This document shows positions 1-14,719 of a stretch of 64,000 bases of DNA, piece by piece; position 1 is the first letter of the stretch; each line of letters starts with the position of its first letter. The position numbers were made by a program, and so were the translations under genes. The notes under the pieces were generated by a model. The model ran no database searches. It was not told the DNA's origin and saw nothing but the letters and a program-made list of their open reading frames with translations. This DNA is from the human T2T-CHM13v2.0 reference genome, Homo sapiens. The stretch lies in NCBI RefSeq assembly GCF_009914755.1, contig NC_060929.1; one strand, written 5' to 3'.

Positions 1-1874
1 TTCCAACAATTTAAATAAAATAGCTTTATTGACTTCCATAAAATAGTCCAATGGCAATAAAACATCAGGACTCTTGAAATGAATTTCGCACATTCAATTC
101 AATCTCAGTGGTTAAGTGTGAAATTTATTACTATTGTTACTCATGATCAATTAATAAAATAATTTCAATATTCGTATTTGTAGCTACTATGCAAAGAGCA
201 GCTTCCATATTCCAGGCACTACGACAGGCCCTTTCCATTGAATCCAAAAGAAGGAAGATGTCTCAAAGGGGCACAAGGACACTTTGCACAGCATAATTCA
301 AATAGTGGCTAATGTTCTTAAGATTTAATGAGGACTATCTAGAGTCTCCTATCCCACCTTTTGTGAGAATTTCAATTGACCCAAGATTTCTGGAAACCCC
401 AGAACTTCATGTTCTACTGGTCATCTGTGGCTCTGAGCTCCCGCTTCTGTAGGAAATATCTCCTTCTCCATTCACGGACAATAACTATTCTATGTGCTGA
501 CTGAGATGAGCAACACAACTTGTTCTCCTTGATTTCCCCAAAGCCTCTTGATATCAGACATTGGCAGGTGCTGGGACTTGCAAACACACTTGTGATCCAG
601 AGGGTTTTAAGTCACAGCAACAAAAATGACCTGATTATCAAGAGTTCTAACACATTTTCTTTTTTTACAAAAAAAAAAATAAGAAAAGTAAGAGAGAAAA
701 AATCTACATCTTCTCCCAGAACACTGAAATGTAACATGTTGAAGTGTTATCAAGGAGCTTTGAAACGCCTCCTGCACTCTCTCTCCAGCGGATTTATAGA
801 CCATCTCATGTAATAATCTGTCAATAAGTTAAATTCTGAAAGCTCATTTATTATTATTTTTTCTCTACCAAATATCCTCTCCTCTCTCCATATTTCCTTA
901 GTGACTAAAGAAACTCCAGATTCACCATTGGATTTCCTGATTTAATCCCCAGCTTGAGACTGCATAGTCTTTACTGCTTAATTGTCTAAGAGAGATGGCA
1001 AAGAGTAATTCATCAAGCTGATATCAACTGAGGAGCACAGATTTCCATGGGCATCCTAATAAACTAATATGTGTTTGTAAAATGTGTGTTATTATATGCA
1101 TACATTCCATTACAACACTGAGAGCTAACTGTCTTCATTTTATCAGATAATTAAAATCAGTTTCAGAAATGTTACATAACCAAGGCCGTTCAGTAAGAAA
1201 ATGCTGGAGGAATCTGAAGTAAGTCTACTGATTCCAAATGTATCACTTTTTCCATCATGCAGAATATTAGCCCACACTCTATGGCCACTTATGAATCAGT
1301 CCTTAAAACAAGATGGCATACTTCTCCTTCAGAAGCGAGTGTCACGTAGCTTACTCTGTGTCATGGCAGAAGCCATGAAAATTACCTTATCCTTAAAATA
1401 GATTACAGCCCAGTAGTACTGAGTGACTTTCCCCCTAATTAACAAAGATAATCAGATGTCCCACCTCAAGTCCTTACCTAGACTTGTGGTGGAGACAATG
1501 GTTCCTAACGCTACATAATAAATTGTCTGTTGTTATAGATACTACATATTTACAAAGTATGGATATCTCAGACCACAGAGGAAAGATTCTTAGCAGGAAC
1601 AACAACAACAAAACTATATTTAAATGTTGTCAAGATTAAAAAATAATATGCAATATTTATCCTTAGCGATGAAATACTAATAAGTAGATTTTACTAGCTA
1701 ACAAGTTATATGTCAGAGTTTAACAACATCTATGATTTGGAGAAGACCTTAGTTCATTTAGTTAAATCTTCACTCTAATTTAAGTCCCTCACAGATATTC
1801 ATTCAGATTCTCCTTGCTTAATTCTAACATCTAGGACTTCGCTACTTCTCTCTTTGAATTTGTGGGTAGCTCTG

Positions 1875-1880
<6 letters not shown>

Positions 1881-1924
<44 letters not shown>
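1881..1924. repeat. (AC)22 microsatellite
   Basis: Perfect dinucleotide run. Confidence 0.97.
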
Positions 1925-1925
<1 letters not shown>

Positions 1926-2869
1926 ACAGATCCTTTCCAACTTTTTTCGTACCCTAGTATCCTATGTTTCATATGGTAGTTAGAAAAGGATAATATATTT
2001 TGAGCATGCTGTGCAAGGCAATGGACGAAGCCAGTGCAAAGAGCTTACCCAGCCACACCCCAGGCTAAAAAGAATTGCATCTCAGCACATTTACTGACAA
2101 GCGATGGTACATCTCTGTGCTGCCACCCACTGGTCAAAAGGTCTGTCATTGATTACTGTTTGTCAGTGAATTTCCCAAAGAGACAGCAGCAACTGGCCGT
2201 ACTTGAGAGTACTTCCCTAAATTTGTCATTTGCTGGCATCTTTGAGACCATTTTTTCCATTAAAAAAAAGTCTACCTTATGAACACATCCCAGAGGCAGA
2301 TCTGCAGTGAAACTTGCCATTGTCACTAGCAATGTAAACCCCAAACCTATTTGTTCCTTCCAAATATATGGGGGGCTACTTAAGTCTTTGAGTTATTCCT
2401 TTCAGGCTTAAAGTTCCTCAAGTTTGTAACTGAGATTCATATCTGGCACAAGACAGAGACCTGCCTCTCCTAAATTTTGACGCTTTATCCTAAGCTCTTC
2501 TCAGTTGTACAACAGTTATTGAACAAAAGTTTGGTTCTTCTTTTGCATAACCATATTTGAAGACAGCTCCTACAGCCCCCCTTCCTGTCTCACCCGACCA
2601 CCCACAATTTGCAAGCCAAGCATCATTGATTTTCCCACCTGCAACATATGTAACTTGGTTTCTATATTCTTCACAGGTGTGGGTATGCTGCCGCGACTCA
2701 TGTTTGGGAGCTTATTTTGTCTACTGACTAAATATATTGCTAATATTTTTAAATATAATATTTACATATTTTAAAATGTGTTGTTGGTCTGCCATGGAAT
2801 TTTTTTGATGTTCTTAGGCTCTGGTCTAGCAGTTCATTTCAGTGTTACCTCAGCTCACTATTCTGCCTA

Positions 2870-3430
2870 TAGTCAAAAAAGTCAGAAAACATCAAGTGTT
2901 GGCAAGGATGTGAAGATATTGTAATCCTCATAAAATACAGAAACAGCCTGGCGGTTCTTCAGAATGTTAACCTAGTGTTGTCATGTGACCCAGCATTTCC
3001 ACTCTTAGGTTTTTATTACCCAAGGGAAATAAAAACATATGTCCACACAAACTTGTACACAAATATTCACAGCAACACTATTCCCAATAGACAACAAGTG
3101 AACACAACCCAAATGGCCATCAATGAATGACTGCATAAATGAAATGAGGTGTATCCATACAGTGGAATATTATTTGGCAGTAAAAAGTAATGAAATCCCG
3201 ATGCATGCCACAACATGAATGAAACTTGAAACATTATGATAAGCAATATAAGCCCTTTAGAAAAGACCATATATTTATAATTCCATTTACATAAAACAAT
3301 CAGAATAAGAAAATCTGCAGAAGCAGAAAGTATAATAGTGGTTTCCTGGAGTGACTGTGACTATACCAAAACCACATAAAAAAGGGAACAGTATGGTATG
3401 TGAGTAAATCTCAATAAGCTGTTTTTTTTT
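2870..3430 (+). mobile_element. Old L1M (L1MB/MC-like) 3' fragment
   Basis: Degenerate L1 3' motifs (tgttggcaaggatgtg, gacccagcatttccactcttagg, acagtggaatattatttggca, tctcaataagctg). Confidence 0.75.
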
Positions 3431-3524
3431 AAATTCACCCCAGGCTACATAGAATCGTAAGACTTAGAAGTAGAGAAAATGGTCTAACATGACTGATTTT
3501 TTATAAACATGGAAAAAATGAGTG

Positions 3525-4040
3525 AATTGGTTATCTACTGCTGTGTAACAAACCACCTCAAGATTTACTGACTTGAAATTACAACCACCATCTGCTTTGG
3601 TCCTCTATCTCCAAATATCAATGAGGACAGATGGCCTCTGCTTCACACAGCATTAGCTGGGGCTCGGGGCTCCACTGCTGATGGCTCACTGGAAAGGTTG
3701 CTAAGTCAGTGCTGGCATCAGCCAGGAGTTCAGATGGTGCTGCATGCCTGGAGACTGCGTGCCTGTCCACATGGCCTCTTTACAAGTGTCTTGAGCATGT
3801 TCACCTCATGGTGACTGGTTTCTAAGAATGAGCATCTCAGAAGAACTAGGCAGGAGGTCTACTTCCCTGTAGCCCTGGTCACATGCATTCCCTTCCACCA
3901 TAGTCCTAAGCCTAACTGGAATGAAGAAGAGGAAATATGGAGCTCGTCTATCAACGGGAGAGGATCAGATTCTCATCACAAGAAGGATGGGAGACATAGG
4001 AAATTGTGATCTAGCACTCTGAAACAAGACAACTTACCAT
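3525..4040 (-). mobile_element. Old MaLR LTR (MLT1 family)
   Basis: Starts with ggttatctactgctgtgtaacaaaccacctcaa, the reverse complement of an MLT1 3' end. Confidence 0.65.
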
Positions 4041-4525
4041 AGTGAGTTTTAGGCTAAGTTTATTGTCACAATTCCCCTGTTTACTTCGCCTTCCTGCAAT
4101 CTTTATTTGTGGTCCACATTTCTAACAAAACCACCTATTTACTCACTTCCTGTGTTGATGAAAAATATATTCATATTTTACATTTTAGTGAGGTAGCTTT
4201 CAATAATAGACTGCTTTAAGACACCATTTTCACAGAGTTTTCTCCTAAGAAGATGCTGAAAAGTAAACCCTCACATGAGCCAGGGACAAGAATGAAGAAT
4301 TTGCTATAACAGTACTTAAATTTTTCAACACAAATCCTCCCAGCATTTTCTTCTATGAAGATTCTATTTCCCGTAAACTGAAGAGAAGACTGAAATTAAT
4401 GGTTACACAGTTGCAGGTAAGTATGCTTTTTGTCTCTCTTGGAACCATCTACACAAATGTGCTCAAAAGGAAATGTGCTAAAATAAAAAAGTGCCAACAA
4501 TAAAAGAACTACTCATATACAACAC

Positions 4526-4903
4526 TGTATAAGTCCATTCTCATGCTGCTATGAAGAAATACCTGAGACTAGGTAATTTATAAACGAAAGAGGTTTAACT
4601 GACTCCCAGTTCCACAGGGCCTGGGAGGCCTCAGAAAACTTACAATCATGGTAGAAGGGGAAGCAAACATGTCCTTCTTCACATGGTGGTAGGAAGGAGA
4701 AGAATGACCAAAGGTGGGGGCGGAAAGCCCCTTATAAAACCATCAAATCTTGTGAGAACTCACTCACTATCACAACAACAGCAGGAGGGTAATTGCCCCC
4801 ATGACTCAATTACCTCCTACCAGGTCCCTCCCATGACACATGGGGATTATGGGAACTACAATTTGAGATGACATTTCGGTGAGGACACAGCCAAACCATA
4901 TCA
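4526..4903 (-). mobile_element. THE1 (THE1C/D-like) solo LTR
   Basis: tg...ca termini, ends in cagccaaaccatatca, 5-bp TSD aacac on both sides. Confidence 0.92.
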
Positions 4904-5821
4904 AACACATATGACATGCCACCATTAAACATAAAAATAAATAGTAAACACAAAAAATTACTTCAAAATCTGTAATGATTAAAACATTTTAATATGACAA
5001 CATCAAGAGTTTCATCAAGCACAAATATGTGAAAAATCTCCCAAACACAAAAAGCATACAAAATAAGCACTAAAACAAATAATTGGATTTTTCTGAGACT
5101 CTGGGGAACAGCATGCTTTCAAACAGCAGTTAAAAATCACTGAAGATTTTCAACAAATATGATAAACTTGGCATAATTGTATACAAACAAAAATAATTAA
5201 GTGTATTTTTATGTTTTTTATGTGTAAAGTTGCTGATTCATGTACTAATATGGTAGGTTTTTTTTCCTCTTAACTAAAACAAGGTACACAGTCTAGTTTC
5301 AAAAAAAAAGACAAAGACACATTTTATTAATGAAGGATATAGTTGAGTAAATAAGCCTCATATTAAACTGAAAATATCTCATTCCACCTGATTAAATGAG
5401 TTTTGATTGAGGTTGTTTATAGAAAAAATTGCAATTTGGGGGCCTAGGATTCATCAGTCAATGGGCACATTCTGAAGCGATATGCAGGCAGCCCAAATGG
5501 AAGATCTAGACCCAATACAACCATTAAAGTAAGGGAAAAAGCATATGATCAATGTAACACTGGAAATGAGACCCCTGCACCATAAAAGTGACTAAGGACT
5601 TTTACCACAATTAAGCAACGCATTTACTTTTGTGCTAAAATAAAATGGAAAAAGACAGTAAGTTCATTCCTAAGTCATACTCTCAATACAAATATACTAA
5701 ACACCTCCTCCATGGCTGGCACTGCTCCAAGAGCTGGTGACCCAACAGTAAGGAGGGGAGACAAGGCCACATCCCCATCCAATAAGCTTAGGTGAGAGTT
5801 AGAAAAATATTACAGTTATTG

Positions 5822-6114
5822 GGCCGGGCGTGGTGGCTCATGTCTGTAATTCCAGCAGTTTGGGAGGCCGAGGTGGGCAGATTACAAGGTCAGGAGATCG
5901 AGACATTCCTGGCTAGCACAGTGAAACCCTGTCTCTACTAAAGATACAAAAAATTAGCCGGGCGTAGTGGCGGGCACCTGTAGTCCCAGCTGCTCGGGAG
6001 CTGTGGCAGAAGAATGGTGTGAACCCGGGAGGCGGACCTTGCAGCGAGCTGAGATCACACCACTGCACTCCAGCCTGGGCGACAGAGCAAGGCTTCATTT
6101 CAAAAAAAAAAAAA
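5822..6114 (+). mobile_element. AluY
   Basis: Full dimer with Y-type positions (gagatcgagac, tgtagtcccagc, gaatggtgtgaacc), A tail, TSD core tattacagttat. Confidence 0.95.
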
Positions 6115-9100
6115 GTATTACAGTTATGCAGTTATTAATTATTACCAGTAGTAAGAGTAATATGTCTATTACTGAAACGGTTCATTTATATTAGATCAGT
6201 TGACTATAGTTAACTATTGAAAGGTTTTCAATGTCAGTAAACAAACCAGTAAAGCTCCTAGTATGGTAATTTCTTATCTTGGGTCTCCATAAAGACAGAG
6301 TCACCAAATCACTGCAGCATTATTCAAGCCGTGTTCTTGGGGGGCATTCCAGTGGAGGGATGAGGTGTTGTTTTCAATATGAGCAGAGCTCTCAAAAGTG
6401 AGAGGATTTACACTCTAGATGATTCATTTGAAGAATAAATTGCCTCTGGCTTTTGACAGGAGGTCTCTATTAGGCAATTTCAGGTCTCTGAACAGTATCT
6501 CAAGTGTGTGGTATTATTTAACAAAATAATTTAATAAAAGTGGCTGTTTTGTTAATAGGTGGGCTGGATTCCAAGCTTATCTATTTCGGTGGAGGGTTTC
6601 TCCTCTGTTGTGGAGGTGGTGGGCATGGGTGCTGGCCAACAGTGCTACAGTGGTATTTCAAAAGTTCTGAATCAAATAAAAGACTTAAACACCTTTGGTT
6701 GATATCCCAGAGTTCTACTTTTCAGAATAGAAGATACGGCAGTGTCAAAACTATATGTGGAATTGTTTGTGATTTCCTATAAAAACTATGGACTAGACTT
6801 TTATGTAATTTTAATTTTTAATTTGAGCATAATTTCTTTATCACTCCAAGATGTGTAACTTGCGAAAATGCATCCCCAAATGACTAAATCTATTGACTTG
6901 GGGAATGAAGCTATTTAGCAATGTCTCCCTAGATGTTGAAGATTACCTGTCAAAAGTGATTTTTTTTTTTGCCTTATTGATATTGAGTTGTTCTTTCTCA
7001 CAGTAATTAGGCAAGTGGCCCAGCTGCTTCCTGAGGCTATGAGTAGAATATGAAAGTCAGAACTTGTCCTTAGTGAAAAAGGAGGATGCTAATCTTCACT
7101 TTTCCATGGGAGGCCACAGAGCCAGCTCATTTAGAGCCCAGGGCATGAACTTGCACGTGCGTTTTATGATTGCAGCCCAGTGACAGCAACTTGAACATGA
7201 TCGATGGGCTGCCTCAGGCATGTTTACCTGTGTCACTGATGCATGCTAGAGATAACTCCAGTCCAGGCCACTGATGCCCAGCAACAGAAATTTTCAACTA
7301 AAGTAAGAATGTGTCTAACCCACAGTATTCCCTTCCTGTCACATTTTCTCTACAGATACAATTAACTAAAAAATAAGGTATAGTTGTTCCTTAAATTATT
7401 TGTATTTGGGTTATTAGTGATTCCTTTTAAAAATACATTGCGGATCAAATTAAATATATTGCAGATCAAATTAATGTATAAATTTCCCTATTCTCTTCTC
7501 CTCGTTAAATAAGAGACTGGCAGAGAATACTATCTAACTTGACCTTAGCAAAACCTTGGTCATAGAAAAATATTTTTCTTCAGAAAAATATCAGACAACA
7601 CATTGTAGGCCTATTATTTTATCTAAATGATGAGGTTGTGTAGTGTAGTGGGGGGGAAAAGCACTGAATTTGAAGTAAAACATAAAGTCTCAGTTTCTTG
7701 ATCATAAAACATATTGAGCAAAATAATCATTAGAGGAAAAATATATGATTTAATTATATATCTGAGGAAATGTTTCACATGTACATTTTATAGAAATACA
7801 TGTTTTACAAAAATATGTAAATTAAAGGAATTTATTGTCTGTTCTTTTTAAAAAACGTTTTTGAGATACTATTGAACATTGTTTCCTTGCTCTAAAATAA
7901 TTCCTGTGTTTTTCTTGACTATTCCTACTATATCTGGTTCCATTTCTCTGAAAAAATCAACATTTTTCCCATGAGCTTCCTCTAGAATATTCTATGGGTT
8001 AATTTCTTGCTTTGTGCAAACCATGCACAGCGCACTGACTATTTTACCCCAGGAGCCCCTGCTTTGTTGGCCTGCCAGTGGCCCTTTTCAGTAATTAATG
8101 ATGACATATTTTCCAAGCGAATTTTTAAGAGTCTTGAATCTTTTTTTTTCAAACCTTTGCTCCAGGCAGTGTCTGTCAAAGCAGACCCAATGATTAATGT
8201 ACAAGGAAGTGTGACATGTCACTTCTTTTCATACTGTGAAAATGGAATCAATCTAAGATCAACAAAGGTAAAAATGTGAAATACAATTATATTAAATAAT
8301 TCACAGTGAATCTATATCACATACTCATTAGAAACATGTTTGAAATAATATTAAATGATATGAAAAAATACTCCTCATAGAAGGTTAAATGTACAAAGAA
8401 GAATAAAATATTTATAAAGCAAAATGAAAATTTTGTACAGATAATCTTATATTCATATAAAAAGTCTGGAAGGAAATCTCCCTAAATATTTGCAGCTACC
8501 TCTGTTTGTGGTGAATTTTCAAAATAAAAAAAACCCAATTCATTTATTTTTCCTATCTAATGTTTTAAACTTTTACACAACATGCATGAATTACGCCTTT
8601 ATAGTGGAAAATTCATAAAAATTACTAAAACACCACATTTTACATATTCAGTATGATTTTACATATGAATATTTAACAATGAGTTGTAGTAATAAATATG
8701 ACAGAAGCGTTAGAAGCACTATATTGTCATGTTACAAAACCCCACATACTAAAGGCTTATTTTCTAATCTAGCATATAACACCCTAGTCTCTTTTTTTCC
8801 CTTGATAGCTCCAGTGCTCTGTAAACCCAACAACTAACACTATTAAATAGAACAGAGCATAAAACAATCAAATGAGTTAATTCTTGGAATGGAGTTTGAA
8901 ATTATCAAAAGGACAGATAGGTATATAAGTGTCCTGAGAAGAGTTATAAACTGAAACTAAGGAAAATATTAAGTTTCAGGGGGAAAAGTCAAAATAACTT
9001 AGAGTAACTAACAGAATACACATAAGAGAGCATCAGGAAGCAGGGGTGGAGAGACAGAGATGATCTATCCAGAGTTCTAGAATTATTCACCCATAACTGG

Positions 9101-10237
9101 AACTCCCAGCACACATTCCCAAGACTTGAATAAGTAGTTTATGATTTGTTTCTCCTTGATTTATAGTTTTATTTATCATTTTTCTGATGCACAGGGTTAA
9201 CAAGTAAACAAATACACTTCAAATGCAGGTGGTCCCATCAATCTCATGCTACCTGAGCATCCCTTTCCTTCATACATGAACTTCATAACTTTACATACAC
9301 ACTCATTTTCTTTCTTTACCCTCCTGGAACTCTAAACACCCCATCTGGTCAATCTATCTACAATCCTTCCATCCTGTACGTATGAAACTCACAAGGCTTT
9401 CTGATCCTTGCTCCCCCTTCCTTGTTATAAACCATATCATGTGTCATGACCCAGTTCCACGGACTCCTAGCTTGCACCTTTATCTCTCAATTCACAGCTT
9501 CAAACAGATGATCACTATTCCTAATACAGCTGAGTTTCTGCAACAAAAGTTAAAGGAAATGCATGCTTTTTTTTTCATTTCTAATCCACCCTGGCTTGAA
9601 ACAAGAAATAAAAATTCAGCAATCACGTAATTCTCACTTAAATTTTGATATGTGGAGAAAGTTCAACTGGTAGCACTATGCTATGGATAATTCTTCCCTT
9701 CTCTGACTAAACGAATATAAACTTCACTGGTCTTTGCAGATAATCCTCTATCTTCTTGACCTTTCCTAAGGTGTTATAACTTCTGCTTTTTCTTGGATGA
9801 TAATTTTGTCATTAATTTCATAAAATGCTTTCCCAAAATACCATCCGAAATTTGATTAATAGTTATAGGTCATTTCCCTAACAACACATTGTGTTATCAG
9901 AAATTATTGTTGCACATTATAGTAACACCAATAATGCTGAAAGATTTAGCAACGATATGTGGCACTGGAAGAAAACTAATTAAGGGAGTATTTTATAATG
10001 AACTTCTTCCAAATAGTATTCTTGTTATATATAGAGTTAAGTTACTTTTGAAATTCTAAATGTAGAAGCTGAATAAAAAGGAAGGCATGCTATCCTCACA
10101 AGAGATGATGTAAAAGATCTAGTTTCTTTAGATTTTAAATGAATCTTTTTAAATTCTTCCTTGTGGCTTCATATGACACAACATATATAAAGTACTCAGT
10201 GTCGTGGTTTGCCCCATAGTGAAAGCCCAGAAATGTC

Positions 10238-10543
10238 AGCTGGGCACGGTGGCTCACGCCTGTAATCCCAGCACTTTGGGAGGCCGAGGCTGGTGGGTCA
10301 TGAGGTCAGGAGTTTGAGACCAGCTCGACCAACATGGTGAAACCTGTCTCTACTGAAAAAAAAAAAATAGCCAGGCGTGGTGGCGCATGCCTGTAATCCC
10401 AGCTATTCAGGAGGCTGGGGCAGGAGAATCACTTGAACCTGGGAGGTGGAGGTGGAAGAGGTTATGGTGAGCCAAGATCGCACCACCGCACTCTAGCCTG
10501 GGCGACAGAGCGACACTCCATCTCAAAAACAAAACAAAACAAA
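10238..10543 (+). mobile_element. AluS (Sg-like)
   Basis: Full dimer, (AAAAC)n tail, TSD cagaaatgtc at 10228-10237 and 10548-10557. Confidence 0.93.
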
Positions 10544-11399
10544 CCCACAGAAATGTCTTACTCTTACTTTCCTATATTTTGTACAATAAGAAAAACTAAA
10601 AGGAAGAGAATGTCTGTTTTGCTACCTTTGAATCACCAATATCCTAAATAATGGTACTCAAAAAATCCTCTAAAATCAAGAATACGGTTTATAATGATTG
10701 TGAAACTAAAAGAACAATGAAAATTAGTGTAACAATAGAGTATCTGGAGTTACAAATGCTCTCAATTTCAAGTTTATTTTTAGTCTGTAAAAATCATCTG
10801 GGGTTTGATAATATATTGACTAAAGAGTTTCCTGAAATTTTCATCTATATTTTTTTCTATTTTAAAACTCTTTACATATGGTTGTCTTATATTTTTAACT
10901 CCACTGCTAACTACTTGAAGGCCAATTCAGATAAAAATTTTAAGAAACAACTTAGCTTTCACTCTACAGATAATATTCTAGACTTGAGGAAAAAAATAAG
11001 GAACCTTTAAGAATGATTTAGGATACAAATCCCCTAATGAAGGATAAGATTGGTTGTTTGCATCAGGACATCCCCAAAAAGCTCATGGAATCTGCTGCTT
11101 TTTGATTTATGCTTTCACCTAGGCAGATGCTGCACGTGGGACCTAATTCCCAGCTTCTGACTTGGGCACCTGGGGCTTCTCTATCTCAAGTTTCCAGAAC
11201 ACATTTGCATCCCTCCCCAAATTACTTATGTGCCACCAAAAAAAAAAAAAGTCATCTTTGCTGCCCCAAAATGAATAATACATTTTTTAATTCCTCAGAA
11301 AAAAAACTTTTCACAGTGATATAGTTTGGCTGTGTCCCCACCCAAATCCCCTATGTCTTCAGTCTGTTTCCACCTCCATCTAACTGTAAAACACAAATG

Positions 11400-12900
11400 C
11401 TAATCAATATTAATAGTTTGATTTGTTTCCTTCTATACTTTTCTAGATGCTCATAAATATGTATAAACCAAAAACATATCTAATGTTCTGAGTTTTTAAA
11501 AACAGGATAATACCATACTATGTAATTTCCTTTCTAAAATTCTCATGGATTTTTTCCCCAAAGATTAAACATATAGCCCCAACTCATTTTTACTAATGAC
11601 TGCATAATATTTATAGAAAGAATATAACATTTTCAACTCTTCACCAAGCCATCCGTATTTTTGGCTATTTCAAATAATTTTATAATAAATTTCGACACAC
11701 ATAAAATCTTACCTATTTAGTCACTAATTTCTACAGAATATATATCTAAATGACTAAATCAATGGTTATTGAACATTTTAAATGTCAATGCATAGAAACA
11801 AATCATTTTACCAAAAAATTATAGCAATTTATATTCCCATTTGGAGTGAAAAAGAATGTGGATTCCTCCAAGCCTTAACTCTTACCTAGCATACAATATA
11901 AACTACTTTTCAACAGCTGTCTACCTGGTAGATTAAAAATTAGTTTTATTTTCACTTAAAATTGTATGTCCCCAATGGGTGCATTAGAGTGGACATTTCT
12001 AAACATTCATTACTTGCTTGCATCTTTCTTCTGTTTATATCTTTTGCCTAGTTTTGTATTCGTTTATTTCTCTTTTTCTCACCAACATTAGGAAGTCTTC
12101 ATATATTAATTTTATCAACATGTTATTATACTTGTGGCACATATTTTCTCTTGGACTATTTTTCTTTGCTATTTTGAGTTGTGTCTTGCTATTACTAGTA
12201 GTATTCATATTGTGAAACTCATCGACCACTTATGTATGGCTTCTGGACTTCCTCTCTTGTTTAAAACTTTGCTTACCTTTAGTTTACAAAGCTCCTTCCC
12301 CAGAGTTTCTTCTAATATGTTGATGGTTTTATTTTTACAGTTACCATTTTTTTCCCTGTGAGATTTATTTCTCTTTATGCTGTAAGTTAACAGTTCTAAT
12401 TTTCTTCCAGATGTCGAGTCAGTTATGACAACACCACGTAAGCCTCTTCTTTGTAATGAATTGAAACACGAACTTTAAGTGAATAGGCATATATGTATAT
12501 TTGAATCTGTTTTGAACCCTCAGTTATGTTTTACACAGAGACCATTCTTTTTTGGGCCCATTGGGTACTACTGTGATTGGTAAGATTGGTAAGATAAAAT
12601 CTCTCAAAACTTTCCTTGCATTCTCATATATTTATACTTCCACCGGTCTTTAAAATAGTTTGATCCAGTTTGCCAAAGAAACAAACAACCAGCCACAGGC
12701 TTCTGATTACAGCTGCCTAAATTTTATATCCTAATTTGGGAGACAGTAGTATTGTGATGATACTAAGCTTTTCAACAGAGGAGCATGCCATGCCTTTTTA
12801 TTCATTCTGAATTACTTTATGTCCTTGTGATAAAACAATTTTCAGCAGACAGGTCTTGCCTTTTTGTTACATTTGTTCTTTCTGCTTTAAATTTTCTTAC
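11400..12900 (-). mobile_element. Highly degenerate old L1M fragment
   Basis: T-rich sequence with decayed antisense L1 ORF2/3' motifs; boundaries approximate. Confidence 0.55.
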
Positions 12901-14161
12901 TACTCAGAAGTTAGTAGCCTAGCAAGACTTCCAGATCACACATGAATAAGAAAGCACGACATAACCCAACCATAACAAGGTAGTGTATTGAGGATGGGGA
13001 GTGGTATTAACCCCCTTGGTGGTCCCTTTTTCCATTTCCCCTAAAACATAATCAGAAAACTCTCAAGAGTGAGCTTTGGAAAGCAAACTAATCAAGGAGC
13101 ACAGCCTAAAGCTCAACCCAATTTCCTGCTTACTGACTATTTTCACAAACTAGAGTATCCACTCAATCTATTCAACTCTCCCTTGAGTACCTACTTAGCT
13201 GAACACTTCCTGACCAGATGGCACACTTTTGACTGATAGCATCATTGATCCCTTCGGTCAGTGGGTTGACTGTTTAGGTGGTTTCCCACTCTTACCTAAA
13301 TCAGTTTCCACTCATGAAACAGAATCAGTTTCCTCTAGAGCCCTTCTTCTTTTTGAATAGCGTTACTATTCTTAATTGCTCCCATTTTAGGCTCTCGCTC
13401 TGCTGAGATGTTCCTGGAGTCAGGTAAGTTGCCAATTCAGCATCACCAAATCACATAACCCAAACGCGGCAGGCTTTTTTACTTAAAATTTTAAAAACCG
13501 TTATACTTTCTAGCACATGTTTAGAAGAAGCAGTAACTAAAAGAATCTTGATCGTCCAGCTCTCTTTATTTACTACTTTTTTATTTACAAGAAACATGAC
13601 TTTTATAAAGTGACGTTTTAAATCTAAGGTTCAGATTTTATTTACTTATGCATTTTTTGGCAAAGTAACATTGGAGGAAGAATCGTTCAGACTTTCATTA
13701 GTTCGAGAAGGAAATTTTAGACTACATCCTTCCAGATCCATCTCAGAAAACACTGGAAAAACCAATTTGCCTTGACTTTGATGTGATATTCATTTACTGT
13801 CATATATATTTTTAACCTCCCGGATATATTTTAATTTTTCATTAGATTTTATCTTTTCTAAGACTAATTATTTCACTTTGTATGTTTAATAGTATTAAAT
13901 GTCAGGTCCATCAATTAATCTGCCAAAACTTCACCCATAGGAAATTTTGATTATAAAGTTGTTTTTCTTCCCCTATAAAATATCTTTTCAAGGAAGGCTG
14001 CCCAAAACATGGAGTCAAAAGGAATTATAACCATATTACAATATTATTTATATAATAAATACCAACACTCTGCTACATGAGTATGAGTTTCTTTTAACAT
14101 AATTTAATCTTTAACGTTCATCTAGAAAAACAATTTTTAAAATGTCCCCAAACGCATATCA

Positions 14162-14362
<201 letters not shown>

Positions 14363-14719
14363 CTAAACAGGTACAACTATCAGACCACTTTGAAGATACA
14401 CACAGAAAAAAAAGTAAAACTATAAGCTGCTGAGAAAGACCAAGACATAATTATAGAACGGGAGTAATACAGTAAAGTAAAGTAACAGTACAAGTAAACA
14501 GAATGTTTTATTCTTTTATCAACTCCAACCAAATTCCAGAACACACTCACACTTTCTGTTTTGTCTTTGAGGTAAATGGGGAAAGAAATCATCAGAAGGA
14601 AAAAGAAGGAGAGACTATAAGAATAAAGTAATAAAGAAGTATTGAGTCTAAGAAGCTAGTCCAACTATAAATTTATGACTATTTTAGGTAAATTTATTAC
14701 CTGCCTATTGGTATATGTG

